Shown piece after piece: positions 20,675 to 30,679 of a stretch of 64,000 nt of DNA (position 1 is the stretch's first letter; every line of letters begins with the position of its first letter). The stretch is from Salaquimonas sp. (lineage in GTDB: Bacteria; Pseudomonadota; Alphaproteobacteria; Rhizobiales; Rhizobiaceae), in assembly GCA_041739465.1 (NCBI GenBank), contig JBGSNX010000081.1, forward strand, positions 8,573 to 72,572. The letters are read 5' to 3'. A program made the translations under genes and the position numbers. The notes below the pieces were generated by a model. That model had not been told where the DNA came from, did not search any database, and saw only the letters and a program-made list of their open reading frames with translations.

Positions 20675-22096
20675 ATGAACCAACCCATTTCGCTTGCAGA
20701 CCGTTTTGATGTCAGTCGGGATACCCTGGAAAAGGTTCTCAAAGAGAGCCTTTCGGGCACGGAAGACGGCGAGTTGTTCATGGAATATGTCCAGTCCGAA
20801 GGGCTGGTTTTTGACAATGGCCGCCTGAAGGCAGGAAATTTCTCAACCGACCAAGGCTTTGGTCTACGGGCGGTTTCCGGCGAGACCTCGGCCTATGCCC
20901 ATTCCGGTGAATTGTCGCTGTCGGCATTGAAGCGCGCAGGCGATGCGGTTTCAGCGGTGCGCAGCGGTCATGGCGGCAAATATGCTGCCGCGCCGGGTGG
21001 CACCAACAAACGGCTATATGGCGACGAGAACCCGATCGGCACGCCAGCCTTTGAAGAGAAAGTGAAACTGCTGGGCGAGATTGACGCCTATGCAAGGGGG
21101 CTCGACACGCGGGTGCGGCAAGTATCTGCCAGCATTGGTGCCAACTGGCAGGTTGTTGAAATCCTGCGGCCCGATGGCTCACTGGTGCGCGACATCCGGC
21201 CGATGGTACGGGTGAATGTCTCGATCATTGTGGGCGATGGCGACCGTCAGGAAAGCGGCTCTTACGGCATGGGCGGGCGCAAGGGGTTTGGTGAGTTCAT
21301 TGCCACCGAAAACTGGCGATACGCTGCGGATGAAGCACTGCGCCAGGCGTTGGTGAACCTGCATGCGGTTCCTGCTCCAGCAGGCACTTTTGACATCGTG
21401 CTTGGGCCGGGCTGGCCGGGTGTCATGCTACACGAAGCTGTCGGGCACGGCCTTGAAGGCGATTTCAACCGAAAGAAAACCTCCGCATTTGCCGGACTTT
21501 TAGGCGAACAGGTCGCTTCCAAAGGGGTGACCGTGGTGGATGACGGGACCATCTTCGAGCGGCGTGGCTCGCTGACCATTGATGACGAAGGCACACCAAG
21601 CAACAACACGGTGCTGATCGACGACGGAAAACTGGTCGGCTACATGCAGGATCGGCAAAATGCCCGGTTGATGGGGATGAACCCAACCGGCAATGGCAGG
21701 CGGCAATCCTATGCGCACGAACCGATGCCGCGCATGACCAATACTTACATGCTTGCGGGAAACCATGATCCGGCGGAAATCCTTGCCTCGGTGAAAGAAG
21801 GCATCTATGCGGTGTCGTTTGGCGGCGGCCAGGTGGACATCACCTCGGGCAAGTTCGTGTTCAACTGCACTGAGGCCTACCGCATCCGCGATGGCAAGAA
21901 GGCCGAGGCCTTGAAGGGCGCCAATCTGATCGGTTCAGGACCCCAGGCAATGCAGCGGGTGACCATGGTCGGGAACGACCTTGAACTTGACAAGGGTGTG
22001 GGCAATTGCGGCAAGGCAGGCCAGTCGGTGCCCGTGGGCGTTGGCCAGCCGACTTTGCGGATGAATGCCGTTACGGTAGGCGGAACAGCCGCATAG
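20675..22096 (+). CDS. tldD: metalloprotease TldD
   Basis: 473-aa ORF with the HEAVGHGLEGD zinc motif and the TldD/PmbA C-terminal block GxCGKxGQ. Confidence 0.95.
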   Translation: MNQPISLADRFDVSRDTLEKVLKESLSGTEDGELFMEYVQSEGLVFDNGRLKAGNFSTDQGFGLRAVSGETSAYAHSGELSLSALKRAGDAVSAVRSGHGGKYAAAPGGTNKRLYGDENPIGTPAFEEKVKLLGEIDAYARGLDTRVRQVSASIGANWQVVEILRPDGSLVRDIRPMVRVNVSIIVGDGDRQESGSYGMGGRKGFGEFIATENWRYAADEALRQALVNLHAVPAPAGTFDIVLGPGWPGVMLHEAVGHGLEGDFNRKKTSAFAGLLGEQVASKGVTVVDDGTIFERRGSLTIDDEGTPSNNTVLIDDGKLVGYMQDRQNARLMGMNPTGNGRRQSYAHEPMPRMTNTYMLAGNHDPAEILASVKEGIYAVSFGGGQVDITSGKFVFNCTEAYRIRDGKKAEALKGANLIGSGPQAMQRVTMVGNDLELDKGVGNCGKAGQSVPVGVGQPTLRMNAVTVGGTAA

Positions 22097-22222
22097 TTCG
22101 CAAATTGTCGCTAAGTGCCTTTACAACGCCTTTTTTGCACCCGCTTATGCAGCCGGGGCGCAACATTGAATCGTTGGAGTGGTGGCTTGGGCTGTCAACC
22201 TGCACCGTTCGAATACAGTAAC

Positions 22223-23065
22223 GTGCGCTTGAAACTGTTTGGCGCGCTGGCAATTGCTGCGGTTAGCTTGATGGTCATGCCGTCGACAATCCGAGCGCAG
22301 CAATCAAAGAGCGTTCCGGCACAAAAAGCATCAACCCAACGCGAAACGGTCGGCAAGGCCAACCAGATCCGCAACAGCGTTACCGCGTCACTGGATGCGC
22401 GCAAACTGGCTATATCCGATCCGGTGTACGGCTCTGAAATCATCAGTGCATCGGAGCGTTCGCATGGTGAGATCATCCTCAACGACAATTCCAAGGTGAT
22501 TGTTGGCGAGAACTCGGAGATTTCGCTCGATGATTTCGTAATCGGAGATGCCGGCTTTGAGAGCGCAACCCTCAACGTGGCCAAAGGCGCATTCCGGTTC
22601 ATCAGTGGCAACTCACCCAAGGGCACGTTCAAGATCAAGACGCCGCTTTCCACAATCGGCGTTCGTGGCACCGTGTTCGACGTCTATGTCGGAGAAGGCG
22701 GGGTGACCAATGTGGTGTTGTTGCAAGGTGCGGTTCAGGTATGCACCACGGCCAACCGTTGCCTGATCGCCGACAGATCGTGCGACATCATCCAGGTTCG
22801 GTCCCCCGAAGAAATCGACGAGCAGCCTTTCCTGAAGGCTGCAGGTCGCTCGGCTCAACAGGAACGCTCGCTATTTGGGCTGCTGGTGGACCAGAACCGG
22901 TTCGACCGGCGCTTTCGGGCCACCACGGCAACCTGTAACGCACGCACTGCCCAGCAATTGCAGGACAATGGTGGCCGGACCGGCAGCGATGGGTCAAAAG
23001 GCGAGAGTCAACCGGATTTTGGCAATGACAAAGATCGTGGCCAGTCGCCAGGCTCCACGAACTGA
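22223..23065 (+). CDS. secreted FecR-domain protein
   Basis: The FecR-type beta domain reads ...SKVIVGENSEISLDDFV...AKGAFRFISG...TPLSTIGVRGTVFDV. The start was trimmed to GTG 22223, which gives the signal-like VRLKLFGALAIAAVSLMVMPSTIRAQ. The start is uncertain. Confidence 0.7.
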   Translation: MRLKLFGALAIAAVSLMVMPSTIRAQQSKSVPAQKASTQRETVGKANQIRNSVTASLDARKLAISDPVYGSEIISASERSHGEIILNDNSKVIVGENSEISLDDFVIGDAGFESATLNVAKGAFRFISGNSPKGTFKIKTPLSTIGVRGTVFDVYVGEGGVTNVVLLQGAVQVCTTANRCLIADRSCDIIQVRSPEEIDEQPFLKAAGRSAQQERSLFGLLVDQNRFDRRFRATTATCNARTAQQLQDNGGRTGSDGSKGESQPDFGNDKDRGQSPGSTN

Positions 23066-23095
23066 GCCAGCCCTGTCTTCATTCCCGTTCTGGAC

Positions 23096-23731
23096 TCAGG
23101 GGTAAAGATGCGATGTCACCCATGCATCTGCCAGATCATTGCGATCAAACCGCAACCGGTCATGCAGGCGGAACATGCCATCGCTCCAGAACTCTATTGA
23201 CAATGGCTTGATGCGAAAGCCGGACCAATGCGGCGGGCGGGGAACCTTACCCGTGCCGAATTTGGCTGCGTGGACAGCGACTTCCTTTTCCAGCGCAAAC
23301 CTGCCTTCGAGCGGGCGCGACTGCTTTGAAGCCCAGGCGCCGATACGGCTGCCACGCGGGCGCGAATAGAAATATTCATCTGCCTCTTCTTCGGAAACCG
23401 TTTCGACGGTGCCGCGAAAGCGGACGGATTTGCGCAGCGATTTCCAGTGAAAGCAGGCGGCCGCCTTGCCGGAGCCAAGGATTTCCTGCCCCTTCTGGCT
23501 TTCGAAATTGGTGAAAAACACGATGCCTTGCGCATCGTGGCGGCGCATCAGCACCATGCGGCAATTGGGCATGCCCTGCGCATCAACCGTTGCCAGCGAC
23601 ATGGCACTTGGGTCGTTGGGCTCTGACTTTTCAGCCATTTGCAGCCACTCGCCGAAAATTTTCATCGGTTCTGTTGCCGTTTGGTCACCGAATGTTAACG
23701 CCGAAATCGGATTGTTCATCTCAATGGCCAT
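23096..23731 (-). CDS. pdxH: pyridoxamine 5'-phosphate oxidase
   Basis: It has [27 protein letters not shown] and the C-terminal [15 protein letters not shown]. The start is at 23731 or 23719; the track start at 23788 is an upstream extension. Confidence 0.9.
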   Translation of the reverse strand: MAIEMNNPISALTFGDQTATEPMKIFGEWLQMAEKSEPNDPSAMSLATVDAQGMPNCRMVLMRRHDAQGIVFFTNFESQKGQEILGSGKAAACFHWKSLRKSVRFRGTVETVSEEEADEYFYSRPRGSRIGAWASKQSRPLEGRFALEKEVAVHAAKFGTGKVPRPPHWSGFRIKPLSIEFWSDGMFRLHDRLRFDRNDLADAWVTSHLYP

Positions 23732-23809
23732 CCCGTGTATTGTTTGGGGCTTAAAATGCGCGATGCAAACATGCATCCAAACCGGCATATCCGCCGGAAT
23801 CCGTCACAA

Positions 23810-24301
23810 ATGCAAGGCGCGGAACATTCGCAGCCAAGTCACGCTCCATTTGCGCATGCTTGTGGTGCAAAAAATTCGCCCCGCTTTGCAACGTTGCTGA
23901 AACTAGCGGCCATCGGCCTTGTTTCAACCCAGATTTCGGCCTGCTCGCTTTCGCGCACTGCTGCGCTCGAGAGCGAACCGGCGTTGATTACCAGTTCGAT
24001 CACCAAGCCGGTGGCTGCCGAGGGCATTGACAGCACTGATGCGGAAGTCATCAAGAGCCTTGTGGCGCAAGCCGAGCAGGCGCCCGCAGGCAACAACGAA
24101 CTTGCATGGTCCAACCCGGACACCGGCAATCGCGGAACCATCATGGCAATCGACAAATTTGTCGGCAGCCACGGACAGAAGTGCAAAAAATTCCAGACCA
24201 CCGTCGACAATTTCATGGGAATTTCGCTCTACAACGGCGAAACCTGCGAACTGCGCGCCGGCTTCTGGGTTCTTTCCTGGTTCCTGCGCAACGACGGCTG
24301 A
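23810..24301 (+). CDS. small surface/lipoprotein (RT0821/Lpp0805-like surface antigen family)
   Basis: The C-terminal Cys-containing domain reads GSHGQKCKKFQTTV...GETCELRAGFW. A lipobox-like LVSTQISAC is present. The start is uncertain: ATG 23810, or TTG 23894 giving MLKLAAIGLVSTQISAC. Confidence 0.6.
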   Translation: MQGAEHSQPSHAPFAHACGAKNSPRFATLLKLAAIGLVSTQISACSLSRTAALESEPALITSSITKPVAAEGIDSTDAEVIKSLVAQAEQAPAGNNELAWSNPDTGNRGTIMAIDKFVGSHGQKCKKFQTTVDNFMGISLYNGETCELRAGFWVLSWFLRNDG

Positions 24302-24367
24302 GCGCGACACCAGAGCCTGTACCCGGCTTGATACGCAACATTAAGATGTATCGGTTAACCTTGGCGA

Positions 24368-25777
24368 ATGCCAAATCTTCATCCAGACCAGGAACTCAAA
24401 ACCGCCTGCGAGCAGGAACTTCCCATGTCGTCGGACACCGGGGTTCGGCTTGCTGCCCTGCTTGGCGGCCTTGGACACGCACTGGACCTTACTGAAGGTC
24501 AGCCTGCAGGGCATTGTGTGCGGTGTTGCTGGATCGGTACGCATATCGGTCGGCAGATTGGTCTCGACGACAAAGCGCTGAGCGACCTTTACTACACGCT
24601 TCTCCTCAAGGATCTGGGCTGCAGCAGCAATGCTGCACGGATCTGCGAATTGTATCTAACGGACGATTTGAGCTTCAAGCGCGATTTCAAGCTTTACGAC
24701 GGCAGCCTGCCACAAGCCTTGTGGTTTTTGCTCGAGAACACCGGTTTGAAGGCTGGAATGCTGACGCGACTGCGCACGCTTATCCATGTTGCGCAGCACG
24801 GCGCGAAGATTTCGCAGGAGACAATTGAAACGCGATGCCAACGCGGTGCTGAAATTGCCCGCAAGATGCGTTTCAATCAGAGCGTTGCAGCTGGAATACA
24901 AAGTCTTGACGAGCACTGGAATGGCAGCGGCAAGCCTTCAGGCCTGATTGGGGAAGCAATACCCCTGCCCTCGCGCATCGCGCTGATGGCGCAGGTTGTT
25001 GACGTTTTCAATATGAGCAACGGGGCCATGGCAGCAATTGCGGAAATCAAATCCCGGTCCGGTACCTGGTTTGACCCGCATCTGGTGCAAGCCTTTGAAC
25101 AGGTGGCCAGTAACAGCGATTTCTGGGCACAGCTTGGTTCCCAAACGCTTGATCAAGAAATTTATGCGCTGGAACCCGCCACAATGACAATCAATGTGGA
25201 TGAGGATTATCTCGACGACATAGCGGCTGCCTTCGCCGAAGTAATCGACTCCAAGAGCCCCTTTACGAGCGGACACAGCGACCGTGTAACCCTTTACACC
25301 GACATGATTGCAAGGGAACTCGGGGTTCCCTCAGAGCGACGCCGATGGTTGCGCCGCGCAGCGCTGTTACATGACATCGGCAAGCTGGGCGTCAGCAACA
25401 CCATTCTCGACAAGCCGGGAAAGCTGGATGGCGAAGAGTGGAAAGCCATGCAAAAACACGCCGAATATTCTGAATCGATATTGGCTCGAACTGCCATATT
25501 CGCAGATTTGGCGCCCATTGCCGGCGCACATCACGAAAAGCTTGACGGCAGCGGGTATCCCAAAGGGTTTAGCGGTGAGCAAATTCCATTTGAGGCACGC
25601 ATCATTACCGTTGCCGACATCTTCGATGCACTGACCGCAGACCGGCCTTATCGCGCAGCCATGCCGGCTGACAAGGCGTTCAAGATCATGCGGGAAACCA
25701 TGGCGGGCGAAATCGACCTTGGCTGCTTAGATGCCTTGCACACCGCAGTGTCTCGTCTGGAAGTCATTGCTGCCTGA
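24368..25777 (+). CDS. HD-GYP domain protein with an additional degenerate N-terminal HD-like domain
   Basis: 469-aa ORF. The C-terminal domain has HDIGKLGV, HHEKLDGSGYPKG and ADIFDALTADRPYR. The N-terminal half is HD-like but reads KDLGC at the HD position. Confidence 0.85.
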   Translation: MPNLHPDQELKTACEQELPMSSDTGVRLAALLGGLGHALDLTEGQPAGHCVRCCWIGTHIGRQIGLDDKALSDLYYTLLLKDLGCSSNAARICELYLTDDLSFKRDFKLYDGSLPQALWFLLENTGLKAGMLTRLRTLIHVAQHGAKISQETIETRCQRGAEIARKMRFNQSVAAGIQSLDEHWNGSGKPSGLIGEAIPLPSRIALMAQVVDVFNMSNGAMAAIAEIKSRSGTWFDPHLVQAFEQVASNSDFWAQLGSQTLDQEIYALEPATMTINVDEDYLDDIAAAFAEVIDSKSPFTSGHSDRVTLYTDMIARELGVPSERRRWLRRAALLHDIGKLGVSNTILDKPGKLDGEEWKAMQKHAEYSESILARTAIFADLAPIAGAHHEKLDGSGYPKGFSGEQIPFEARIITVADIFDALTADRPYRAAMPADKAFKIMRETMAGEIDLGCLDALHTAVSRLEVIAA

Positions 25778-25803
25778 GGGAGGGCATTTTCCCCAAAAAC
25801 AGG

Positions 25804-25833
25804 CTTGGAAAAGCTGAAAAATCCTCCCCATAT
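25804..25833 (+). promoter_or_regulatory. sigma-32 (RpoH)-like promoter upstream of the J-domain gene
   Basis: CTTGGAA (25804-25810) and CCCCATAT (25826-25833) resemble the CTTGAAA / CCCCATNT consensus. The spacer is 1-2 nt longer than the E. coli optimum. The element lies about 95 nt upstream of the ATG at 25929. Confidence 0.4.
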
Positions 25834-25928
25834 GTGTGGTAACAACCGGCAGTGAGAAACCGGCACAGCTTTGGCGCCGCAAATACACTGCATTCCCGGC
25901 TTTAACAGCAGCATTGTGAGGGGCATCC

Positions 25929-26849
25929 ATGCGTGATCCGTATACGGTGCTCGGCGTCGCCCGGACGGCGAGCGAAAAGGAAATCAAGACCGCATTCCGG
26001 TCGATGGCCAAGATTTTGCATCCTGACAGCTCCAAGGGCGGTCCGGCATCCAAGGACAAATTTGCCGAAATTTCGCGCGCCTATGAAATCCTCGGCGACA
26101 AGGAAAAACGCGGACAGTTTGACCGCGGCGAGATCGACGCCGAAGGCAAGCCGAAATTCCAGGGTTTTGAGGGCAATCCGCATTCTGGCGGCAGCCCGTT
26201 CGAGGGGTTCGAGTTTCGCGGCAATCGCGGCGGCTCGCCATTCGGTCAGCGCGGATTTTCCGGTGCCGAAGACATCTTGAGCGAAATGCTTGGCGGAGCG
26301 TTTGGCGCCAGCGCCAAGGGCGCGCGCACCGGAGCACGATCGGCTCGGTTCGGCGAAGATTTGTCAGCGCTCGACATTCGAGCCACTGCGGAAGTCTCAA
26401 TCGAAGACCTGGCGCGCGGCAAAGCACAGGTGCAATTGCCGGGCGGCAAGCAATTGTCGTTCGCCATTCCGGTTGGAGCCAAGGATGGGCAAACCATCAA
26501 ACTTTCCGGGCAGGGCTACAAACAGCCCGGAGCAAAAAGCGGCGACGCGCTGGTTACGCTCAAATTCATGCGGCATCCGGTTTATTCAGCCGAAGGCGGG
26601 GATTTGCGCATGAATGCAGACCTGCCGCTGGAGACGGCGGTGCGCGGCGGGAAGATTCCGGTAGAGACGCTGGACGGGAAAATCGCGTTGAGCGTGCCGG
26701 CCTGGACGGATTCTGGCAAGGTGTTCCGCTTGAAGGGCAAAGGCTTGCCGCTGAAATCCGGCGGCCATGGCGATCTACTGGTTACCGTCATGATCCGGCT
26801 TCCCGATACGCACCGTGATGCGCTTGAAGCGGTGCTCGGCAAGGCCTGA
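25929..26849 (+). CDS. J-domain co-chaperone (CbpA/DnaJ-like, no zinc-finger domain)
   Basis: 306-aa ORF with the J domain DPYTVLGV...KILHPD, a Gly/Phe-rich linker and DnaJ C-terminal domains. No CxxCxGxG repeats are present. Confidence 0.9.
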   Translation: MRDPYTVLGVARTASEKEIKTAFRSMAKILHPDSSKGGPASKDKFAEISRAYEILGDKEKRGQFDRGEIDAEGKPKFQGFEGNPHSGGSPFEGFEFRGNRGGSPFGQRGFSGAEDILSEMLGGAFGASAKGARTGARSARFGEDLSALDIRATAEVSIEDLARGKAQVQLPGGKQLSFAIPVGAKDGQTIKLSGQGYKQPGAKSGDALVTLKFMRHPVYSAEGGDLRMNADLPLETAVRGGKIPVETLDGKIALSVPAWTDSGKVFRLKGKGLPLKSGGHGDLLVTVMIRLPDTHRDALEAVLGKA

Positions 26850-26967
26850 TTTTCCGGCAACCGCGATTTTCGTTCGCCTTGCGGCTGCGCCGTGCCTGTG
26901 TCATATGCCCAAGCGGGGGCTGTACGAAGTGTGGGCGGGCAGCAAATTCACAACCGGAGCGTTCAGC

Positions 26968-27780
26968 ATGGGTGGCATTCTCAGTGGCAAGCGCGGGCTC
27001 ATCATGGGGCTTGCCAACAACCGGTCGATCGCCTGGGGGATTGCCAAGGCCTGCGCGACGCAGGGCGCTGAAATTGCCCTCACCTACCAGGGCGACGCCT
27101 TGAAAAAGCGCGTGGAGCCACTGGCCAAGGAACTGGGCGCGGTGGTTGTCGGCCATTGCGATGTGACAGAACCTTCAACCATGGATGCCATCTTTGCCGA
27201 TCTGGAAAAGCGCTGGGGCAGCATCGATTTCATGGTTCATGCCATCGCGTTTTCCGACAAGGACGAGTTGACAGGGCGTTATGTCGACACCAGCGCCCTC
27301 AATTTCCAGCGCACCATGGACATTTCGGTGTACTCGTTCACGGCGCTTGCGCAGCGCGCGGAGAAGCTGATGCCAAATGGCGGGGCGATGCTGACACTGA
27401 CCTATTACGGCGCTGAAAAGGTTATGCCGCATTACAATGTCATGGGCGTGGCGAAAGCGGCGCTTGAAGCATCGGTGCAGTATCTTGCGGTTGATCTTGG
27501 CAAGGGCCAGATCCGCGTGAACGCCATTTCGGCAGGCCCGATCAAGACGCTTGCTGCTTCCGGCATTGGCGATTTTCGCTACATCCTCAAATGGAATGAA
27601 TACAATTCGCCGCTCAAGCGCACGACGACCATCGAAGAAGTCGGCGATACCGCAGCGTTCCTGGTTTCCGATATGGGACGCGGCATTACCGGCGAAGTGC
27701 TGCATGTCGATAGCGGCTATCATGTCGTCGGCATGAAAGCGGTGGACGCCCCGGACATTTCCGTGGTCAAGGAAGACTAA
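26968..27780 (+). CDS. fabI: enoyl-[acyl-carrier-protein] reductase (NADH)
   Basis: Trimmed to the ATG at 26968 (MGGILSGKRGLIMGLANNRSIAWGIA). The catalytic Y-x6-K lies in YNVMGVAKAALE. Confidence 0.95.
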   Translation: MGGILSGKRGLIMGLANNRSIAWGIAKACATQGAEIALTYQGDALKKRVEPLAKELGAVVVGHCDVTEPSTMDAIFADLEKRWGSIDFMVHAIAFSDKDELTGRYVDTSALNFQRTMDISVYSFTALAQRAEKLMPNGGAMLTLTYYGAEKVMPHYNVMGVAKAALEASVQYLAVDLGKGQIRVNAISAGPIKTLAASGIGDFRYILKWNEYNSPLKRTTTIEEVGDTAAFLVSDMGRGITGEVLHVDSGYHVVGMKAVDAPDISVVKED

Positions 27781-27811
27781 ACCCCAAACCTTTCTCCAGC
27801 GCGGGCCGGCC

Positions 27812-28396
27812 ATGCTCAATCCGACCCTTTACTATGTCCGCCATGGCCAGACAGACTGGAACGCGCAGATGCGTTTTCAGGGACGCAAGGACATTGCGCT
27901 CAACGAAAAGGGGCGCAGCCAGGCGAAGGCAAACGGCCGAACGCTGGCGGAACTGCTGAAAGACCCGCAGGCACTGGATTTTGTTTCTAGCCCGCTTGGC
28001 AGGGCGCGCGAGACGATGGAAATCATCCGCGCGCAAATGGGGCTGGACCCATTGGCCTATCGCATCGACGACCGGCTGATCGAGGCTTCCTACGGCGATC
28101 TGGAAGGGACGACACTGGCCGAATTCAAGATCGCGGACCCGGCATCCCACCGGCTGCGAAAGCAAACCCGCTGGACTTTCACACCGCCAAACGGCGAAAG
28201 CCACGCCATGGTGCACAAGCGGATTTCGGCCTGGTATGCCAGCGTTACCCGCGATTGCGTGGTGGTGGGCCATGGCGTTGTTGGCCGGGTGCTGCGCTAT
28301 CACATGCTCAATCTCGACCCGGATATCGCCGCTGACTACACCTTTGCACAAGACAAGGTGTTTATCTGGGACGGCGTCTCGGAAAAACTGGTTTGA
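27812..28396 (+). CDS. histidine phosphatase family protein (GpmB-like)
   Basis: 194-aa ORF with the N-terminal RHGQTDWN motif and the downstream SPLGRARET. Confidence 0.85.
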   Translation: MLNPTLYYVRHGQTDWNAQMRFQGRKDIALNEKGRSQAKANGRTLAELLKDPQALDFVSSPLGRARETMEIIRAQMGLDPLAYRIDDRLIEASYGDLEGTTLAEFKIADPASHRLRKQTRWTFTPPNGESHAMVHKRISAWYASVTRDCVVVGHGVVGRVLRYHMLNLDPDIAADYTFAQDKVFIWDGVSEKLV

Positions 28397-28460
28397 CCGC
28401 AAGGGGCGGCTTTCCTATACCATCGCACCGCAATCATGCGGCAGTTCATCCGGTCCAGCC

Positions 28461-29558
28461 ATGTCCTACAACAGTTTCGGCCACCTCCTGCGCGTGACAA
28501 CCTTCGGCGAAAGCCACGGTGTGGCACTTGGCTGCGTTGTTGACGGCTGCCCGCCAGGCATTGCCTTCAGCACAGCTGACATTCAAGCCGATCTTGACCG
28601 GCGCAAGCCGGGACAATCCAAATTCACCACACAACGCCGCGAAGACGATGCGGTGGAAATCCTTTCGGGCGTAATGCCGGTGGACGGCACTGAAGGCGCC
28701 TTCATCACCACCGGAACCCCGATTGCGATGCTGGTGCGCAACACCGATCAGCGTTCGAAAGATTACTCGGAAATCGCCGATCGCTACCGGCCGGGCCATG
28801 CAGATTTCACCTATGACGCCAAATACGGCATCCGCGACTATCGCGGCGGCGGGCGTTCTTCGGCGCGCGAAACGCTGGCCCGGGTTGCAGCTGGCGCTCT
28901 GGCCCGCAAGATCATGCCGAATGTCAGCGTGCGCGGCGCCATGGTTCAGATGGGTGGCATCAAAATTGACCGCTCCCGCTGGGACTGGGCGCAAGTGCGC
29001 AACAATGATTTCTTCTGCCCGGACGCGGTGACAGCACAGATCTGGGCCGAAGAGCTGGCGAAAATCCGCAAGGCAGGGTCTTCCATCGGGGCAGTGATAG
29101 AGATTGTCGCCGAAGGTGTTCCGGCGGGGCTTGGCGCGCCGATCTATGCCAAGCTCGACCAGGACATTGCGGGCCATCTGATGAGCATCAACGCCGTGAA
29201 GAGTGTTGAAATCGGTGACGGAATTGGTGTGGCGGAACTTTCCGGCGAAGAAAACGCCGATGAAATCCGCATGGGCAATGATGGCAGGCCTGTATTCCTG
29301 TCCAACCATGCGGGCGGCATTCTGGGTGGCATTTCGACCGGCCAGGCGGTCATTGCAAGGTTTGCAGTCAAGCCGACATCTTCCATCCTGACGCCGCGCC
29401 AATCCATCAACGCCAAGGGCGAGGAAGTCGAAGTTTCGACCAAAGGCCGGCACGACCCATGCGTCGGGATACGTGCGGTACCAATCGGGGAAGCGATGGT
29501 GGCCTGCGCCATTGCCGACCACTATCTTTTGCATCGTGGCCAGACAGGCAGGGGCTGA
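28461..29558 (+). CDS. aroC: chorismate synthase
   Basis: Trimmed to the ATG at 28461 ([20 protein letters not shown]). It has RPGHADFTY and [10 protein letters not shown]. The track ORF from 28236 overlaps the upstream gene. Confidence 0.95.
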   Translation: MSYNSFGHLLRVTTFGESHGVALGCVVDGCPPGIAFSTADIQADLDRRKPGQSKFTTQRREDDAVEILSGVMPVDGTEGAFITTGTPIAMLVRNTDQRSKDYSEIADRYRPGHADFTYDAKYGIRDYRGGGRSSARETLARVAAGALARKIMPNVSVRGAMVQMGGIKIDRSRWDWAQVRNNDFFCPDAVTAQIWAEELAKIRKAGSSIGAVIEIVAEGVPAGLGAPIYAKLDQDIAGHLMSINAVKSVEIGDGIGVAELSGEENADEIRMGNDGRPVFLSNHAGGILGGISTGQAVIARFAVKPTSSILTPRQSINAKGEEVEVSTKGRHDPCVGIRAVPIGEAMVACAIADHYLLHRGQTGRG

Positions 29559-29560
29559 CC

Positions 29561-30679
29561 ATGACCGGCAGACAGGAAAGGGTTGCGGAAGCCATCCGCG
29601 CGTTCGAGGCAGGCGAGATAATTGTCGTGACCGATGATGATGACCGCGAGAACGAAGGCGATCTCATCGTTGCTGCCGTGCATTGCACCGGCGAGAAAAT
29701 GGCCTTCATCATCCGCCACACCAGCGGCATTGTGTGCGCGCCAATGACCGCATCCGAAGCCAAACGGCTGAACCTTGGTCCGATGGTTTCGGAAAACGAC
29801 GCGCCACATTCGACCGCGTTCACAGTATCCATCGACTATCGCCACGGAACCACGACCGGGATTTCCGCCGACGACCGGACCGCAACGGTGCGCGGCCTTG
29901 CAAACCCGAATGCTGGCGCTGTCGACTTTGTTCGGCCTGGCCATGTGTTTCCGCTGGTTGCCCGCGAAGGTGGCGTGCTGATGCGATCTGGCCACACGGA
30001 AGCGGCGGTGGATCTTTGCAAGCTCGCCAGCCTGCCGCCGGTGGGGGTGATTTCCGAACTGATGAACGATGACGGCTCGGTGATGCGCGGTCCGCAGGTA
30101 TCCGCCTTCGCCGAGAAGCATGGCCTCAAAAGCATATCGGTTGCCGAGCTGATTTCATGGCGACAACGCCGTGAAAGCCTCGTTGAACGCATCAGCGTTG
30201 CCGAAGTGCATACTTCCGCCGGACCGGCCACTGCAATCACCTACAAAACGCCATGGGATCCGATGCACCATCTCGCCGTTGTCTATGGCGACATCCGCGA
30301 CGGGCGCGACATTCCGGTGCGATTGCAGATCGAAAACGTACTGGAAGACGTGTTTGGAACCGGCGATGGATTGCAGCGGGCCTTGGCCCGATTGGGCAAG
30401 GCAGGGCGCGGCGTGGTGGTTTACCTGCGCGAAGGCTCGGTTGGTGTTGGACAGGTCGAAAAGCGCACCGCAGTGCAACCAACCATGAGCACCGACGAGC
30501 GCGAGCAGCATTCATCTGTTCGGTCACGCGAAAATGAGTGGCTGGAGATCGGTCTTGGTGCGCAAATCCTGCGCGATCTCGGCATCGAATCAATTGAACT
30601 TCTGGCGTCCCGCGAACGACACTATGTCGGGTTGGACGGCTTCGGCATCGAGATCACCCGAACCATCATCCTGGAATGA
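29561..30679 (+). CDS. ribB: 3,4-dihydroxy-2-butanone-4-phosphate synthase fused to a degenerate GTP cyclohydrolase II-like domain (RibBX type)
   Basis: The ATG at 29561 lies 2 nt after the aroC stop. The N-terminal half has VTDDDDRENEGDL and RSGHTEAAVDL. In the C-terminal half the RibA zinc cysteines are replaced (QIENVLEDVFGTGDGLQRAL). Confidence 0.9.
   Translation: MTGRQERVAEAIRAFEAGEIIVVTDDDDRENEGDLIVAAVHCTGEKMAFIIRHTSGIVCAPMTASEAKRLNLGPMVSENDAPHSTAFTVSIDYRHGTTTGISADDRTATVRGLANPNAGAVDFVRPGHVFPLVAREGGVLMRSGHTEAAVDLCKLASLPPVGVISELMNDDGSVMRGPQVSAFAEKHGLKSISVAELISWRQRRESLVERISVAEVHTSAGPATAITYKTPWDPMHHLAVVYGDIRDGRDIPVRLQIENVLEDVFGTGDGLQRALARLGKAGRGVVVYLREGSVGVGQVEKRTAVQPTMSTDEREQHSSVRSRENEWLEIGLGAQILRDLGIESIELLASRERHYVGLDGFGIEITRTIILE

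Noticed and set aside
22096-22110. GTTC-N7-GTCG near-SOS box after tldD
   Set aside because: It has one mismatch in the second half-site, and the downstream gene (a FecR-domain protein) has no plausible SOS role. It is likely a chance occurrence.
28446-29534. 362-aa minus-strand ORF opposite aroC
   Set aside because: It is antisense to an unambiguous chorismate synthase. It has no motifs and is a high-GC shadow ORF.
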